From: Spirochaetia bacterium
GTDB taxonomy: Bacteria > Spirochaetota > Spirochaetia > DSM-2461
NCBI GenBank assembly: GCA_963668315.1
Contig: OY764216.1
Span: 2,816,001 to 2,880,000, forward strand
Reading direction: 5' to 3'
DNA: 64,000 nucleotides
The notes under the pieces were generated by a model. It worked only from the letters and a program-made list of their open reading frames with translations. It was not told the origin of the DNA and ran no database searches. The position numbers and the translations under genes were made by a program. Positions 46,058-55,436 of the stretch are shown here, piece by piece. The first letter of the stretch is position 1; every line of letters starts with the position of its first letter.

Positions 46058-46615
46058 TTAGTGATGGGGGACGATAAAGAATATGATTTCCGAGGTCTTT
46101 TCGTGAATGTTACGGACCGAATGGGGCGCCTGGGAAGCCATGTTCAGCGAGTCCCCCTTGCTAAGGATAAAGGTTTCGTCGCCCAATCGGGCTTCCACCT
46201 TCCCCTTGTTGACAAACATAACCTGACTGCCGAACCGTTTGTATGAGGATGTCTCTTCCCCCGTACTGCTTCCCGGCTGAAGCTCCACAACGGCCACTTC
46301 CATTCTTTTGGAAAGGACGCTGTTCGTCGCAAAGGAGATGGCCACGTCATTATTGAGAGACGAAGCCAGCCGTCTGTTGTCTTTGCGTATGACCGGATTC
46401 TCGTCTTTCTGGGAAACCTCTTCAAAAAGCATCTGAATCGTTGTGCCCAGGGCGTTGGCTATTTTCACGAGAGTAGCGAGTGAAGGGGAGACTTTACCAT
46501 TCTCTATCTGGGAAATATAACTGGGGGAGAGCTCCGTCATTTCCGCCAGGCTTCTCAGGCTGAAACCGCAGAGCTCCCTGTTGTGTCTTATTACCGCCCC
46601 GATTTCCTTATTCAA
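46058..46615 (-). CDS. XRE-family HTH + cupin transcriptional regulator
   Basis: SLRSLAEMTELSPSYISQIENGKVSPSL; cupin LSKGDS...PHSVRN. Confidence 0.88.
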   Translation of the reverse strand: MNKEIGAVIRHNRELCGFSLRSLAEMTELSPSYISQIENGKVSPSLATLVKIANALGTTIQMLFEEVSQKDENPVIRKDNRRLASSLNNDVAISFATNSVLSKRMEVAVVELQPGSSTGEETSSYKRFGSQVMFVNKGKVEARLGDETFILSKGDSLNMASQAPHSVRNIHEKTSEIIFFIVPHH

Positions 46616-46740
46616 AGCAACTTCCCCTTTCCTTGTCCCCTGTTCCGCGGATCATGGTTACAGAATTATACCTGGATTCTCACCCTTATCAAAGCCCCGG
46701 TACTTTCCGGAAGGGCTGAAAGGGTAAGAACATGACAATC

Positions 46741-46779
46741 CTAACAGAAAACTAACAATTCATAAACAGAGAATTAACC
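46741..46779 (+). promoter_or_regulatory. Pho-box-like array upstream of pstC
   Basis: CTAACA (46741), CTAACA (46752), TAAACA (46763), TTAACC (46774) at an exact 11-bp period. Confidence 0.75.
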
Positions 46780-46815
46780 GTTGTCTCATATATTTGGCCG
46801 CAAAGGAGTCGACCA

Positions 46816-47694
46816 TTGAATAAAATGCGGTTAGTGGGCGAGAATGTCATGGAAAAAGTTCTCATGCTCTGCGCCTTCATATCAATTATCAGTGTTCTTT
46901 TCATGACCATTTTTATTTTTAAAGAAGGGATGCCCCTATTTAAACATGTGGGTCTGGGGGAGTTCCTCTTCGGTACAAAATGGGACCCCCAGGGAGAAGA
47001 ACCGCTTTTCGGAATATTCCCCTTCATTGTCGGGTCTGTCTTTGTGACCCTTCTTTCCATGGTCATCGCCGTACCCATCGGATTGGCGGTGGGAATTTTC
47101 ATGGCCGAGTTTGCCAAGGGGCGGATGGCTGAAATCCTGAGAAGCGTCATAGAGCTTCTCGCGGGAATCCCGTCGGTCATCTACGGGCTTTTCGGTTATA
47201 TCGCCATTGCCCCGATCATCAGAAATCTGACCAGCAGCAACACGGGTATGGGGGTTCTAACGGGAGCCATCGTCCTGGCTATCATGATCCTGCCCACCAT
47301 CATAAATATTACCGAAGTCTCTCTCCGGGCCGTCCCGGAGCATCTGAAAGAGGGCTCCATGGGGGTGGGAGCTTCCCACTGGCAGACCATTGTGAAAATA
47401 CTGGTCCCCGCCGCCAAGTCGGGTATTACCGCCGGGGTTATTCTGGCCATGGGACGGTCCATCGGTGAGACCATGGCGGTTCTCATGGTGGCGGGAAACA
47501 GTCCCACCATGCCCAGGGGAATTCTATCCAGCACAAGAACCCTGACCATGAATATCGCCACAGGCATCAGTTATGCTTCGGGAGACCACTGGGTCAGTCT
47601 CTTCACGACCGGTATGGTCCTCTTCGTTTTCATACTGGCCCTAAACCTTGTGGTACAGATATTTATCAAGCACTCTATGGAGAACAATTCCTGA
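46816..47694 (+). CDS. pstC: Phosphate ABC transporter permease PstC
   Basis: ELLAGIPSVIYG, LAIMILPTI, GRSIGETMAV; TTG start with AAGGAG RBS. Confidence 0.95.
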   Translation: MNKMRLVGENVMEKVLMLCAFISIISVLFMTIFIFKEGMPLFKHVGLGEFLFGTKWDPQGEEPLFGIFPFIVGSVFVTLLSMVIAVPIGLAVGIFMAEFAKGRMAEILRSVIELLAGIPSVIYGLFGYIAIAPIIRNLTSSNTGMGVLTGAIVLAIMILPTIINITEVSLRAVPEHLKEGSMGVGASHWQTIVKILVPAAKSGITAGVILAMGRSIGETMAVLMVAGNSPTMPRGILSSTRTLTMNIATGISYASGDHWVSLFTTGMVLFVFILALNLVVQIFIKHSMENNS

Positions 47695-49316
47695 TGGAAA
47701 TTTCCGCAAATACCAAGAAAATACATCGAAACGAAAACATTGCCCGGGGGTTTATCTGGGGATTCGCCGGATTGACGATTGTCATCCTCGTCTGGATTCT
47801 GGGGTTTATACTGGTCAAAGGGTTCTACTCCAATAATATGGTCGGCTATGAGTTTGCCGATATCAGTGACGATGTGGTCACCCTGGATGACGGTTCTGAG
47901 GTCATTTTTATCGCCAATGACAAGGTACGCATCAAGGATATGACTCCCGATAATCTGCAGGAACTGTATAGCCGGGTAATCCGCGAGTTGAACAAGTGGT
48001 CCGACTTTACCGAACAGGCCCTTCTGTGCCAGCCCTTTGCTTTCCGTGACGGGAGTCCCCTGGACGGGAGTGTCAAGACTTTTCTTCTGAAAAAGGAAGG
48101 CCTGGACGACTGGAAAAGCTATACCCTGTTCGCCGAGGATTCGGAAGATATGATCTCCCGGGTCGGTTCCACCAAGGGCGCTCTGGGATATATCCCCGCC
48201 GGGGACCGAAATCTGCTCACCGATGATGTTGTTGTGATCCCCGTCAGATCCGTTCAGGTCATGATGAATCAGGCCGCTCTGGCCGTTGAAAACAACAAAA
48301 GCTTTCAGGAATACACCGAGGATACACTCAAACAGATCTTTACCGGCCGGATAATCAGCATGACCGCGGTGGGGGGCCTTTCCCTCGCACCGGTTACGGC
48401 CGTCGCTCCCAATGTGGATCTCTCCCTGGTCCGGTCCTGGTTCGGTGAGGGGTTCAAGGCTAAGGAGTTCTCCTCCATGGATGACTATTATCAGTTCATG
48501 TCCCATAATCCCGGAGCGGTGGGGCTGGTGAACTATACGGGCTATGTCCCCTCCGATGCCTACGATACCGTAACCGTTCAGAGAAGAGAAAGGGGCTTGA
48601 ACCTGGACTTCTGGTTTCTCATAGAAAAACCCGCCGAGGGAGATGCGGGAGGTATATCCTACTTCATCGTCAATACTCTGCTCATGATATTCATGACCCT
48701 GATCTTTTCCGCCCCCGTCGGTATTCTGGCGGCCATCTATCTGGTGGAATACGCCAAGCAGGGGCCTCTGGTTCAGGTCTTGAGAATGGGTACGGAAACT
48801 CTGGCGGGAATCCCCTCCATAGTCTTCGGCCTTTTCGGACGGATCTTCTTTGTCAATATTCTCGGGATGGGCATCGGATTCATATCCAGCACCCTCACGG
48901 TGACGCTGATGATTCTTCCCACCCTCGTCAGAACATCGGAAGAGGCTATCAAGTCGGTCCCCCCCATTCTGAGGGAGGGGAGCATGGGGCTGGGTGCTAC
49001 CAAATGGCAGACTATATTCCGGGTTGTCCTCCCCGCGGCGAGCCAGGGAATCCTCACCGGCGTTATCCTGGCCGTCGGCCGGGTCGCCGGGGAAACGGCC
49101 GTTCTGCTGTACACCCTGGGGTCCAGTTATGACCTCATCAGAAATCTGCACTCCCCGGCCCGTGTTCTCTCTCTGCACTTGTACCTTCTCTTCTCGGAGG
49201 CCATCTCCTTTGACAGGGCCTTTGCCACAGGAACGGTTCTGGTTGTAATCGTGCTGATCACCAACCTGCTCACGAGAAGTCTTATCAGAAAAAATCAGAA
49301 GATGGTGGGCCGCTAG
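47694..49316 (+). CDS. pstA: Phosphate ABC transporter permease PstA with a large periplasmic PstS-like insertion
   Basis: C-half [27 protein letters not shown]; about 270-aa insert after TM1. Confidence 0.92.
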   Translation: MEISANTKKIHRNENIARGFIWGFAGLTIVILVWILGFILVKGFYSNNMVGYEFADISDDVVTLDDGSEVIFIANDKVRIKDMTPDNLQELYSRVIRELNKWSDFTEQALLCQPFAFRDGSPLDGSVKTFLLKKEGLDDWKSYTLFAEDSEDMISRVGSTKGALGYIPAGDRNLLTDDVVVIPVRSVQVMMNQAALAVENNKSFQEYTEDTLKQIFTGRIISMTAVGGLSLAPVTAVAPNVDLSLVRSWFGEGFKAKEFSSMDDYYQFMSHNPGAVGLVNYTGYVPSDAYDTVTVQRRERGLNLDFWFLIEKPAEGDAGGISYFIVNTLLMIFMTLIFSAPVGILAAIYLVEYAKQGPLVQVLRMGTETLAGIPSIVFGLFGRIFFVNILGMGIGFISSTLTVTLMILPTLVRTSEEAIKSVPPILREGSMGLGATKWQTIFRVVLPAASQGILTGVILAVGRVAGETAVLLYTLGSSYDLIRNLHSPARVLSLHLYLLFSEAISFDRAFATGTVLVVIVLITNLLTRSLIRKNQKMVGR

Positions 49317-49339
49317 AGGCCCGGATAGGAGTAAATACC

Positions 49340-50095
49340 ATGTCCATTATGATAGAAGTAAAAAAACTGGATCTCCATTACGGCGATTTCAAAGCCCTCC
49401 ACGGGATCGATATGAAGATCGAAGAGAATGAGGTTACAGCCCTCATCGGACCTTCGGGATGCGGAAAATCCACATTCATCAGAACGATAAACAGAATGAA
49501 CGACCTTATTGACAGCGTTCGGATCGACGGTGAGATCTACTACGGCGGCGAGAATATCTACAATGAGAAATACGATGTCATAGAATTGCGCAAGAGAATC
49601 GGCATGGTTTTTCAGAAGCCCAATCCCTTTCCCATGTCCATCTACGACAATATCGCCTACGGCCCCCGCATCCATGGTAAGAAGAATAAGGCCGAACTGG
49701 ATATCATCGTTGAGAGAAGCCTTCATCATGCCGCCCTCTGGGATGAAGTCAAAGACAGGATTCACTCTCCCGCCATGGGATTGTCCGGCGGTCAGCAGCA
49801 GAGACTCTGCCTGGCCAGGACTCTGGCGGTTGAGCCGGAAGTCGTCCTTATGGATGAGCCCACCTCGGCTCTGGACCCGGTGTCCACCTCGAAGATTGAA
49901 GATCTGGTTCACGAATTGAAAAAGGATTATACTATTGTTATCGTGACTCACAACATGCAGCAGGCAGGCCGTATCTCCGATAAAACCGCCTTTTTTCTGA
50001 ATGGTTATATTGAGGAGTTCGGCGCCACAGACAAGATCTTTTTTAATCCTGAAAGTTCAAAGACAGAGGCGTATATCTCGGGAAAATTCGGTTGA
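49340..50095 (+). CDS. pstB: Phosphate ABC transporter ATPase
   Basis: [44 protein letters not shown]. Confidence 0.97.
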   Translation: MSIMIEVKKLDLHYGDFKALHGIDMKIEENEVTALIGPSGCGKSTFIRTINRMNDLIDSVRIDGEIYYGGENIYNEKYDVIELRKRIGMVFQKPNPFPMSIYDNIAYGPRIHGKKNKAELDIIVERSLHHAALWDEVKDRIHSPAMGLSGGQQQRLCLARTLAVEPEVVLMDEPTSALDPVSTSKIEDLVHELKKDYTIVIVTHNMQQAGRISDKTAFFLNGYIEEFGATDKIFFNPESSKTEAYISGKFG

Positions 50096-50165
50096 TATAC
50101 CAGGAACGGACAGGACAGTTATTACCTGAAAAGGCAGTTTGCGTAATGTATACGGAGGAAATGAA

Positions 50166-50819
50166 GTGAGTATCAGACAACACTTTGACGATGAAATAGG
50201 ATCTTTGAACAAGGAAATCCTGAAAATGGGACTTCTGGTGGAAGAGGCCGTGAAGAACGGCATGGAATCTTTCAAGAGTCAGGACAGGGAGAAAGCCCGG
50301 ATTGTCATAGACAATGATGATGAAATAAACAGCATGGAGAACGCTCTCTGTGATCACTGCGCCATTCTGCTGGCCAAGGAGCAGCCCGTGGCGTCCGATT
50401 TGCGCCATATCGTGGGGGCCATAAAGATCATAACCCAGCTGGAAAGAATCGCCGATCATGGTGTCCACCTGGCGAAAAAGGCCATCGTTCTGGCCGATCA
50501 GACCTATATTTCGCCCATCGTTAATCTTCCCCGGATGGAGGAGATCGGCCGGACGATGCTGGTCGATGCCCTGAACGCCTTTGTGGACAGGGATTCGGAA
50601 GCCGCCGAGGAGATCGCCTCCCGTGATGGTCAGATTGACGAGCTGTACAACCAGGTGACCCGTGTCGTCCTTACCTATATCCTGGAGGATAATACCAAGA
50701 TAGAGCAGGGTATCGAGCTGATAAATGTGGCCCGTTTTCTGGAAAGGTTCGGAGACCATGTGAAAAATATCTGCGAATGGGTTATTTTTTCAGAAAGGGG
50801 AGAGCACGCGGACCTTTAG
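50166..50819 (+). CDS. phoU: Phosphate signalling complex protein PhoU
   Basis: QPVASDLR, LERIADH, LERFGDHVKNICE; GTG 50166 after GGAGG RBS. Confidence 0.95.
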   Translation: MSIRQHFDDEIGSLNKEILKMGLLVEEAVKNGMESFKSQDREKARIVIDNDDEINSMENALCDHCAILLAKEQPVASDLRHIVGAIKIITQLERIADHGVHLAKKAIVLADQTYISPIVNLPRMEEIGRTMLVDALNAFVDRDSEAAEEIASRDGQIDELYNQVTRVVLTYILEDNTKIEQGIELINVARFLERFGDHVKNICEWVIFSERGEHADL

Positions 50820-50846
50820 GAGCCGCGGCTGGAGTGAGGAGAAGAG

Positions 50847-51554
50847 ATGGATCATCCGGAAAAAAAGGAAAAGCTGCTGGTCGTGGAGGATGAAGTGGAT
50901 ATCAGGGAACTGATCTCCTTTAATCTGGAAATGTGCGGGTACGAAGTCATCCGGGCCTCGGACGGTCTGGAGGGGTGGGAAAAGGCCCGTTCCGAAAATC
51001 CCGATCTGATAGTTCTGGATCTCATGCTCCCCGGTATCGACGGTTTCGAGGTTTGCAAACGGCTCCGCTCCGAAAAGGCCACTCTCTCCATTCCCATCAT
51101 CATGCTCACGGCCCGTTCGGAAGAGGAGAACATGGTAAAGGGACTGGAGCTGGGAGCGGATGATTACGTGACCAAGCCCTTCAGCCCCCGTGTTCTTGTC
51201 GCCCGGGTCAAAGCGGTCCTGAGGCGCAAGGGCGTCCTGAAGGAGACCACCAGCCACCGAGTCGTCTCCCTCCACGGCATAACCATCGATCCCGCCCGTC
51301 ATGAAGTGCGGGCAGGGGGTAAAAGCGTTACCCTGTCGGCCACGGAATTCAGCATTCTTTTCTTCCTTGCCGAGAATCCCGGCTGGGTCTTCTCCCGAAG
51401 CCAGATCATTGATGCGGTGAAAGGGGAGGATTATCCTGTCACGAGCCGTTCCGTGGACGTTCAGATTCTGGGAATCAGAAAGAAGCTGGGCGATCTGGGG
51501 GACTGCATCGAAACGGTCCGCGGCGTCGGCTACCGTATGGTAAGTGTGGAATAA
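50847..51554 (+). CDS. phoB: PhoB/PhoP-like OmpR-family response regulator
   Basis: VVEDE, LDLMLPG, GADDYVTKPF, winged helix SRSVDVQI...IETVRGVGY; pst context. Confidence 0.9.
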   Translation: MDHPEKKEKLLVVEDEVDIRELISFNLEMCGYEVIRASDGLEGWEKARSENPDLIVLDLMLPGIDGFEVCKRLRSEKATLSIPIIMLTARSEEENMVKGLELGADDYVTKPFSPRVLVARVKAVLRRKGVLKETTSHRVVSLHGITIDPARHEVRAGGKSVTLSATEFSILFFLAENPGWVFSRSQIIDAVKGEDYPVTSRSVDVQILGIRKKLGDLGDCIETVRGVGYRMVSVE

Positions 51555-53291
51555 ATGAGAAGTTTTTTTTCCCGATATTTTACCGCCCATCTGATGATAC
51601 TCCTGGTTTCCCTGTTCTCCGTGGGAATATCCGGCATCATTTCCATGAATCATTTCCTCTTCAGCGACAATACCGAGAGGCAGCTCCTTTTTACCAGAAC
51701 GCTGGGAGCCATGTATCTGGAGGCGGAGCTGAGGGAAGGGGATATCCAGGAATATCTGAATTCCCTGAACCTGGACGAGAGGTTCCGCATCACACTGATT
51801 AAAGCGGACGGAACCGTCGTCGGAGACACGTCGGCCGATTACCGGTTTATGGATAACCACGGCAACAGGCCCGAAGTCATTCAGGCGCTGGGGCAGGGTG
51901 AGGGGACCTCCAAGCGGCTCAGCGCCACGTTGCGGGAATCCCTCCTCTATACGGCTATATATCATGAGCCTTCGGGGCTTGTCTTCCGGGTTTCCACCGT
52001 GGTGGGGAATATCGACCGTATGGTGACCCAGATGGCATTCCGCACGGGACTTATTACGATAATTGTTCTCCTCTTCGCCCTTATCGTCAGTTTCAGCCAG
52101 ACCAACTCCATCAACCGCATGCTTAAATCCATCATCGCCGTGGTCAGCGACTACGCCGGCGGGAATTTCCACCAGAACCTTTACCTGGGCGGCTTCAGCG
52201 AAGCGGTGGAAGTGGGCGATGCGGTCAACGCCATGGGGCGGCAGCTGAAGGAGAAAATTGAGACGGTCACCATTCAGCGCAACAAGAGCGAAGCCATGCT
52301 GAACAATATGGTGGAGCCGGTGATCTATCTTGACAGCAACCTTGTTATCCATGATATCAACCAGGCCGCCCTGAAGATGATAGGCCGCTCCTTCTCCCAG
52401 TGCCTGGGAAAGAATCTTCTCCAGGTCATAAGAAATATCGATCTCTGCCGCCTGGCCGAGGAGTGCCTGGAGAGTGACACTCCCGTCTCTCAGGTCATCA
52501 GCCACAAAAGTCATCACTATATGGTCCAGGGTACTACGATTGACTCCCATGAGGAGGGAGATTCCAGCGTGCTTCTGGTTATGAATGACGTGACCGATAT
52601 CAAGCAGATGGAACTCCTGAGAAAGGACTTTGTCGCCAACGTCTCCCATGAACTGCGGACTCCCATCACATCGATTATCGGCTTTGTCGAGACTTTGCGC
52701 TTCATGCCGGGGGAACGTTCGGCCCAGCAGGAGAAATTTCTGGAGATCATACACACCCAGTCTCAGCGTCTCGGCGAGATCGTCAATGACCTGCTGGCAC
52801 TGGCCTCCCTGGAGGACGGTCATTCCCTTGAGAAGGAATCGGTCCCTCTGGCCGATATTGTCCGCGAGGCCGAGTCGGTCTGCCAGTCCAGGGCCGATGA
52901 AAGAAATATCCGCTTTATCCACGACTTCGATGAGAACCTCAACCTCTGCTGCCATAGAAATCTGACCGCCCAGGCTCTGGTCAACTATCTGGATAATGCG
53001 ATCAAGTACGGTCCTTCCGATGACGTCATCACCATACGGGCCGCCGAAGAGGGAAGCCAGACGGTGATTTCCGTTATCGACAGGGGGAACGGTATTCCCC
53101 TGGAACGGCAGGAACGGCTTTTTGAAAGATTCTACCGTGTAGACAAAGCCAGAAGCCGTGAAATCGGCGGCACGGGACTGGGGCTTTCCATCGTCAAGCA
53201 TATCGCTTTGAAACACGGGGGAAGAGCCGGTGTCGAAAGTATTCCCGGTCAGGGCGCCCGTTTTTTTATGACATTCGCAAAAATTAAGTAA
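51555..53291 (+). CDS. phoR: PhoR-like sensor histidine kinase (HAMP, PAS)
   Basis: NHGNRPEV, DFVANVSHELRTP, LFERFYRVDKARSR, GTGLGLSIVKH. Confidence 0.92.
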   Translation: MRSFFSRYFTAHLMILLVSLFSVGISGIISMNHFLFSDNTERQLLFTRTLGAMYLEAELREGDIQEYLNSLNLDERFRITLIKADGTVVGDTSADYRFMDNHGNRPEVIQALGQGEGTSKRLSATLRESLLYTAIYHEPSGLVFRVSTVVGNIDRMVTQMAFRTGLITIIVLLFALIVSFSQTNSINRMLKSIIAVVSDYAGGNFHQNLYLGGFSEAVEVGDAVNAMGRQLKEKIETVTIQRNKSEAMLNNMVEPVIYLDSNLVIHDINQAALKMIGRSFSQCLGKNLLQVIRNIDLCRLAEECLESDTPVSQVISHKSHHYMVQGTTIDSHEEGDSSVLLVMNDVTDIKQMELLRKDFVANVSHELRTPITSIIGFVETLRFMPGERSAQQEKFLEIIHTQSQRLGEIVNDLLALASLEDGHSLEKESVPLADIVREAESVCQSRADERNIRFIHDFDENLNLCCHRNLTAQALVNYLDNAIKYGPSDDVITIRAAEEGSQTVISVIDRGNGIPLERQERLFERFYRVDKARSREIGGTGLGLSIVKHIALKHGGRAGVESIPGQGARFFMTFAKIK

Positions 53292-53336
53292 TGAAAACTT
53301 CTTGAAATCCCCTTACTAATACCTTAAAATTCAGTT

Positions 53337-54167
53337 ATGTATGAAAACGGCATGCCTCGACTAGAAGAGAGGGAATTCAAGAAATTAAGTACATTCATTG
53401 AGACCGAAGTGGGAATAAGGATGCCTCCCGCCAAGAAAATTCTCATGGAATCCCGCCTGCAGAAGCGTCTGAAAGTTCTGAACCTTTCCGATTTCAAGGA
53501 ATATTACGACTTCGTTTTTACTGAGCAGTCACGGCAGGAACTTATTGAGATGATCGATGCGATAACCACCAACAAGACTGATTTTATGAGGGAGCCGGCC
53601 CATTTCGATTTTCTCGTAAACAAAGCTCTCCCCGATGTCACCCGAGGAAAAGAGCGGATCAAGCTGTGGTCCGCCGCCTGTTCCACCGGTCAGGAGCCTT
53701 ATAACCTGGCCATGTTCATGGAAGAGTTCCGGTCTCTGGGAAACAGGGTGGACTATACAGTCACCGCCACGGATATAAGCAAAAGCTGCCTGATCAAAGG
53801 GAGGAACGCCGTCTACGCCATGAAGGATATTGACGACGTATCCGCCGCCTTCAGGAAGAAGTATTTTCTGAAAAGCAAGGATCCTAAATCGGATCAGGTG
53901 AAGATAAAGACCTTTCTCAGGGATAAGGTCCATTTCCAGTCCATAAATCTCATGAAGGACGAGTACGGTCTCAGAGACAAATTTGACATTGTTTTCTGCC
54001 GAAATGTTCTGATTTACTTTGATAAGGAAAATCAGGCCAGGGTCATAAGCCGGATCGTCAATCACATGAATCCCGGGGCCTATCTCTTTCTGGGGCATTC
54101 AGAAAGCATGGCGGGAGTGAACAGCAGTTTACTCGGCGTCGCCTCGTCGATCTTCCAGAAAAAGTGA
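53337..54167 (+). CDS. cheR: Chemotaxis methyltransferase CheR
   Basis: TTNKTDFMRE, WSAACSTGQEPY, ATDIS, FCRNVLIYF, LGHSES; promoter TTGAAA-N17-TAAAAT 6 nt before ATG. Confidence 0.95.
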   Translation: MYENGMPRLEEREFKKLSTFIETEVGIRMPPAKKILMESRLQKRLKVLNLSDFKEYYDFVFTEQSRQELIEMIDAITTNKTDFMREPAHFDFLVNKALPDVTRGKERIKLWSAACSTGQEPYNLAMFMEEFRSLGNRVDYTVTATDISKSCLIKGRNAVYAMKDIDDVSAAFRKKYFLKSKDPKSDQVKIKTFLRDKVHFQSINLMKDEYGLRDKFDIVFCRNVLIYFDKENQARVISRIVNHMNPGAYLFLGHSESMAGVNSSLLGVASSIFQKK

Positions 54168-54268
54168 GAATTTCCTGCAAATTTCCATAAATATTCAGGA
54201 ATATATTGCAGTTTTCAGTGACAAGACTATAATTTTATTAGAGTGATATTAACAAATAGGAGCTTTCC

Positions 54269-54754
54269 ATGGCCGATGAAAAAAAGACTAATCAATATTT
54301 GACATTTACTGTTAGCGAAGAGGTGTATGCCCTTAATGTATTAAATGTACGGGAAGTACTGGAATTTTCCCAGATATCGAAGGTTCCCAGAATGCCCAAT
54401 TTCATGAGGGGCATCATCAATCTGAGAGGAAGCATAGTACCGGTTATCGATCTGAAGCTTAAATTCGGTATGGGCCAGACGGAGAAAACGATTGATACGA
54501 GCATTATCGTTTGCGAGATGGTTCTGGAAGAGGAAACCATAGTGATGGGCCTCCTCACCGACTCCGTGAGAGAAGTAATCGACCTGGATGAGAACGAGAT
54601 CGAGCCCACTCCCTATGTGGGAGCCAAGATCGATACGGCTTTCATCCTTGGAATGGGAAAGAAGGATGATGAATTCCTCATTATTCTGAATATGGAAAAA
54701 ATATTGACAGCCAATGAGCTGAACATGGTAAGTGCGGCCGAAGAAGGCGAGTAG
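54269..54754 (+). CDS. cheW: Chemotaxis coupling protein CheW
   Basis: QYLTF, GIINLRGSIVPVIDL, GLLTDSVREV. Confidence 0.95.
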   Translation: MADEKKTNQYLTFTVSEEVYALNVLNVREVLEFSQISKVPRMPNFMRGIINLRGSIVPVIDLKLKFGMGQTEKTIDTSIIVCEMVLEEETIVMGLLTDSVREVIDLDENEIEPTPYVGAKIDTAFILGMGKKDDEFLIILNMEKILTANELNMVSAAEEGE

Positions 54755-54763
54755 GAGGTAACA

Positions 54764-55129
54764 TTGAAGCAGATTTTGATTGTAGACGATTCCAGAACCG
54801 TTCGGGACAGCCTGAAGTTCTTTCTTAAAGAGGGAGGCTATGATGTCCTGGAGGGAGCCGACGGCATGGAAGCTCTGGAGGTTCTGAAGACGGCTAAGCC
54901 GAATTTAATTATTACCGATGTAAATATGCCCAATATGGATGGTTTAACCCTTCTGGAAAATGTAAGAAAAAGCGAGGAACATAAGTTTACCCCCGTACTT
55001 GTTCTTACAACGGAGTCTCAGCAGTCTATCATGGAAAAGGGGAAATCCCTCGGGGCTACCGGCTGGATAGTGAAGCCCTTCGACAGTCAGAAAGTGCTGG
55101 CAGTTATCAAGAAAGTGCTTGGAGGTTGA
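54764..55129 (+). CDS. cheY: Chemotaxis response regulator CheY
   Basis: VDDS, TDVNMPNMDG, LTTES, GATGWIVKPF. Confidence 0.92.
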   Translation: MKQILIVDDSRTVRDSLKFFLKEGGYDVLEGADGMEALEVLKTAKPNLIITDVNMPNMDGLTLLENVRKSEEHKFTPVLVLTTESQQSIMEKGKSLGATGWIVKPFDSQKVLAVIKKVLGG

Positions 55130-55130
55130 T

Positions 55131-55436
55131 ATGGCTCGTAAGAAAAATCCGGTGATCGTTAATCTTCCCGACGAATTTCAGATAAGTATGATAAACGAAA
55201 GGTACAAGGAATTGGTGGAAGTGATTAATGAAGAGCGTCCGGTTGTGGTGGATATGTCACAAGTGAGCAACGTTGATTATGCCGGGCTGCAGCTTATTTA
55301 CAGTCTTATGCGTTCCTGTGAAGAGAAGGAACTGGATTTTTCCATTACCAACGCATCTCCTGTCATCGTGCAGAAGATTGATCTTTGCGGCTTAACTCAA
55401 GATTTGCTGAAGGAAGGAGAGAATGGATCAATTTAA
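55131..55436 (+). CDS. STAS-domain protein of the chemotaxis operon
   Basis: VVVDMSQVSNVDYAGLQLI; ATG 55131 after GGAGG. Confidence 0.85.
   Translation: MARKKNPVIVNLPDEFQISMINERYKELVEVINEERPVVVDMSQVSNVDYAGLQLIYSLMRSCEEKELDFSITNASPVIVQKIDLCGLTQDLLKEGENGSI

Noticed and set aside
50790..53216. 808-aa antisense ORF, plus other long antisense ORFs (47571-49178, 55363-56457, 57553-58371, 59385-60281)
   Set aside because: Shadows of well-recognised phoB/phoR, pstA, cheA, cheB and the chemoreceptor-like gene; no motifs of their own
53291..53337. Co-transcription of che genes with the Pho operon (phosphate taxis)
   Set aside because: cheR and cheW each have their own sigma70-like promoter and no Pho-box array, so adjacency alone is insufficient
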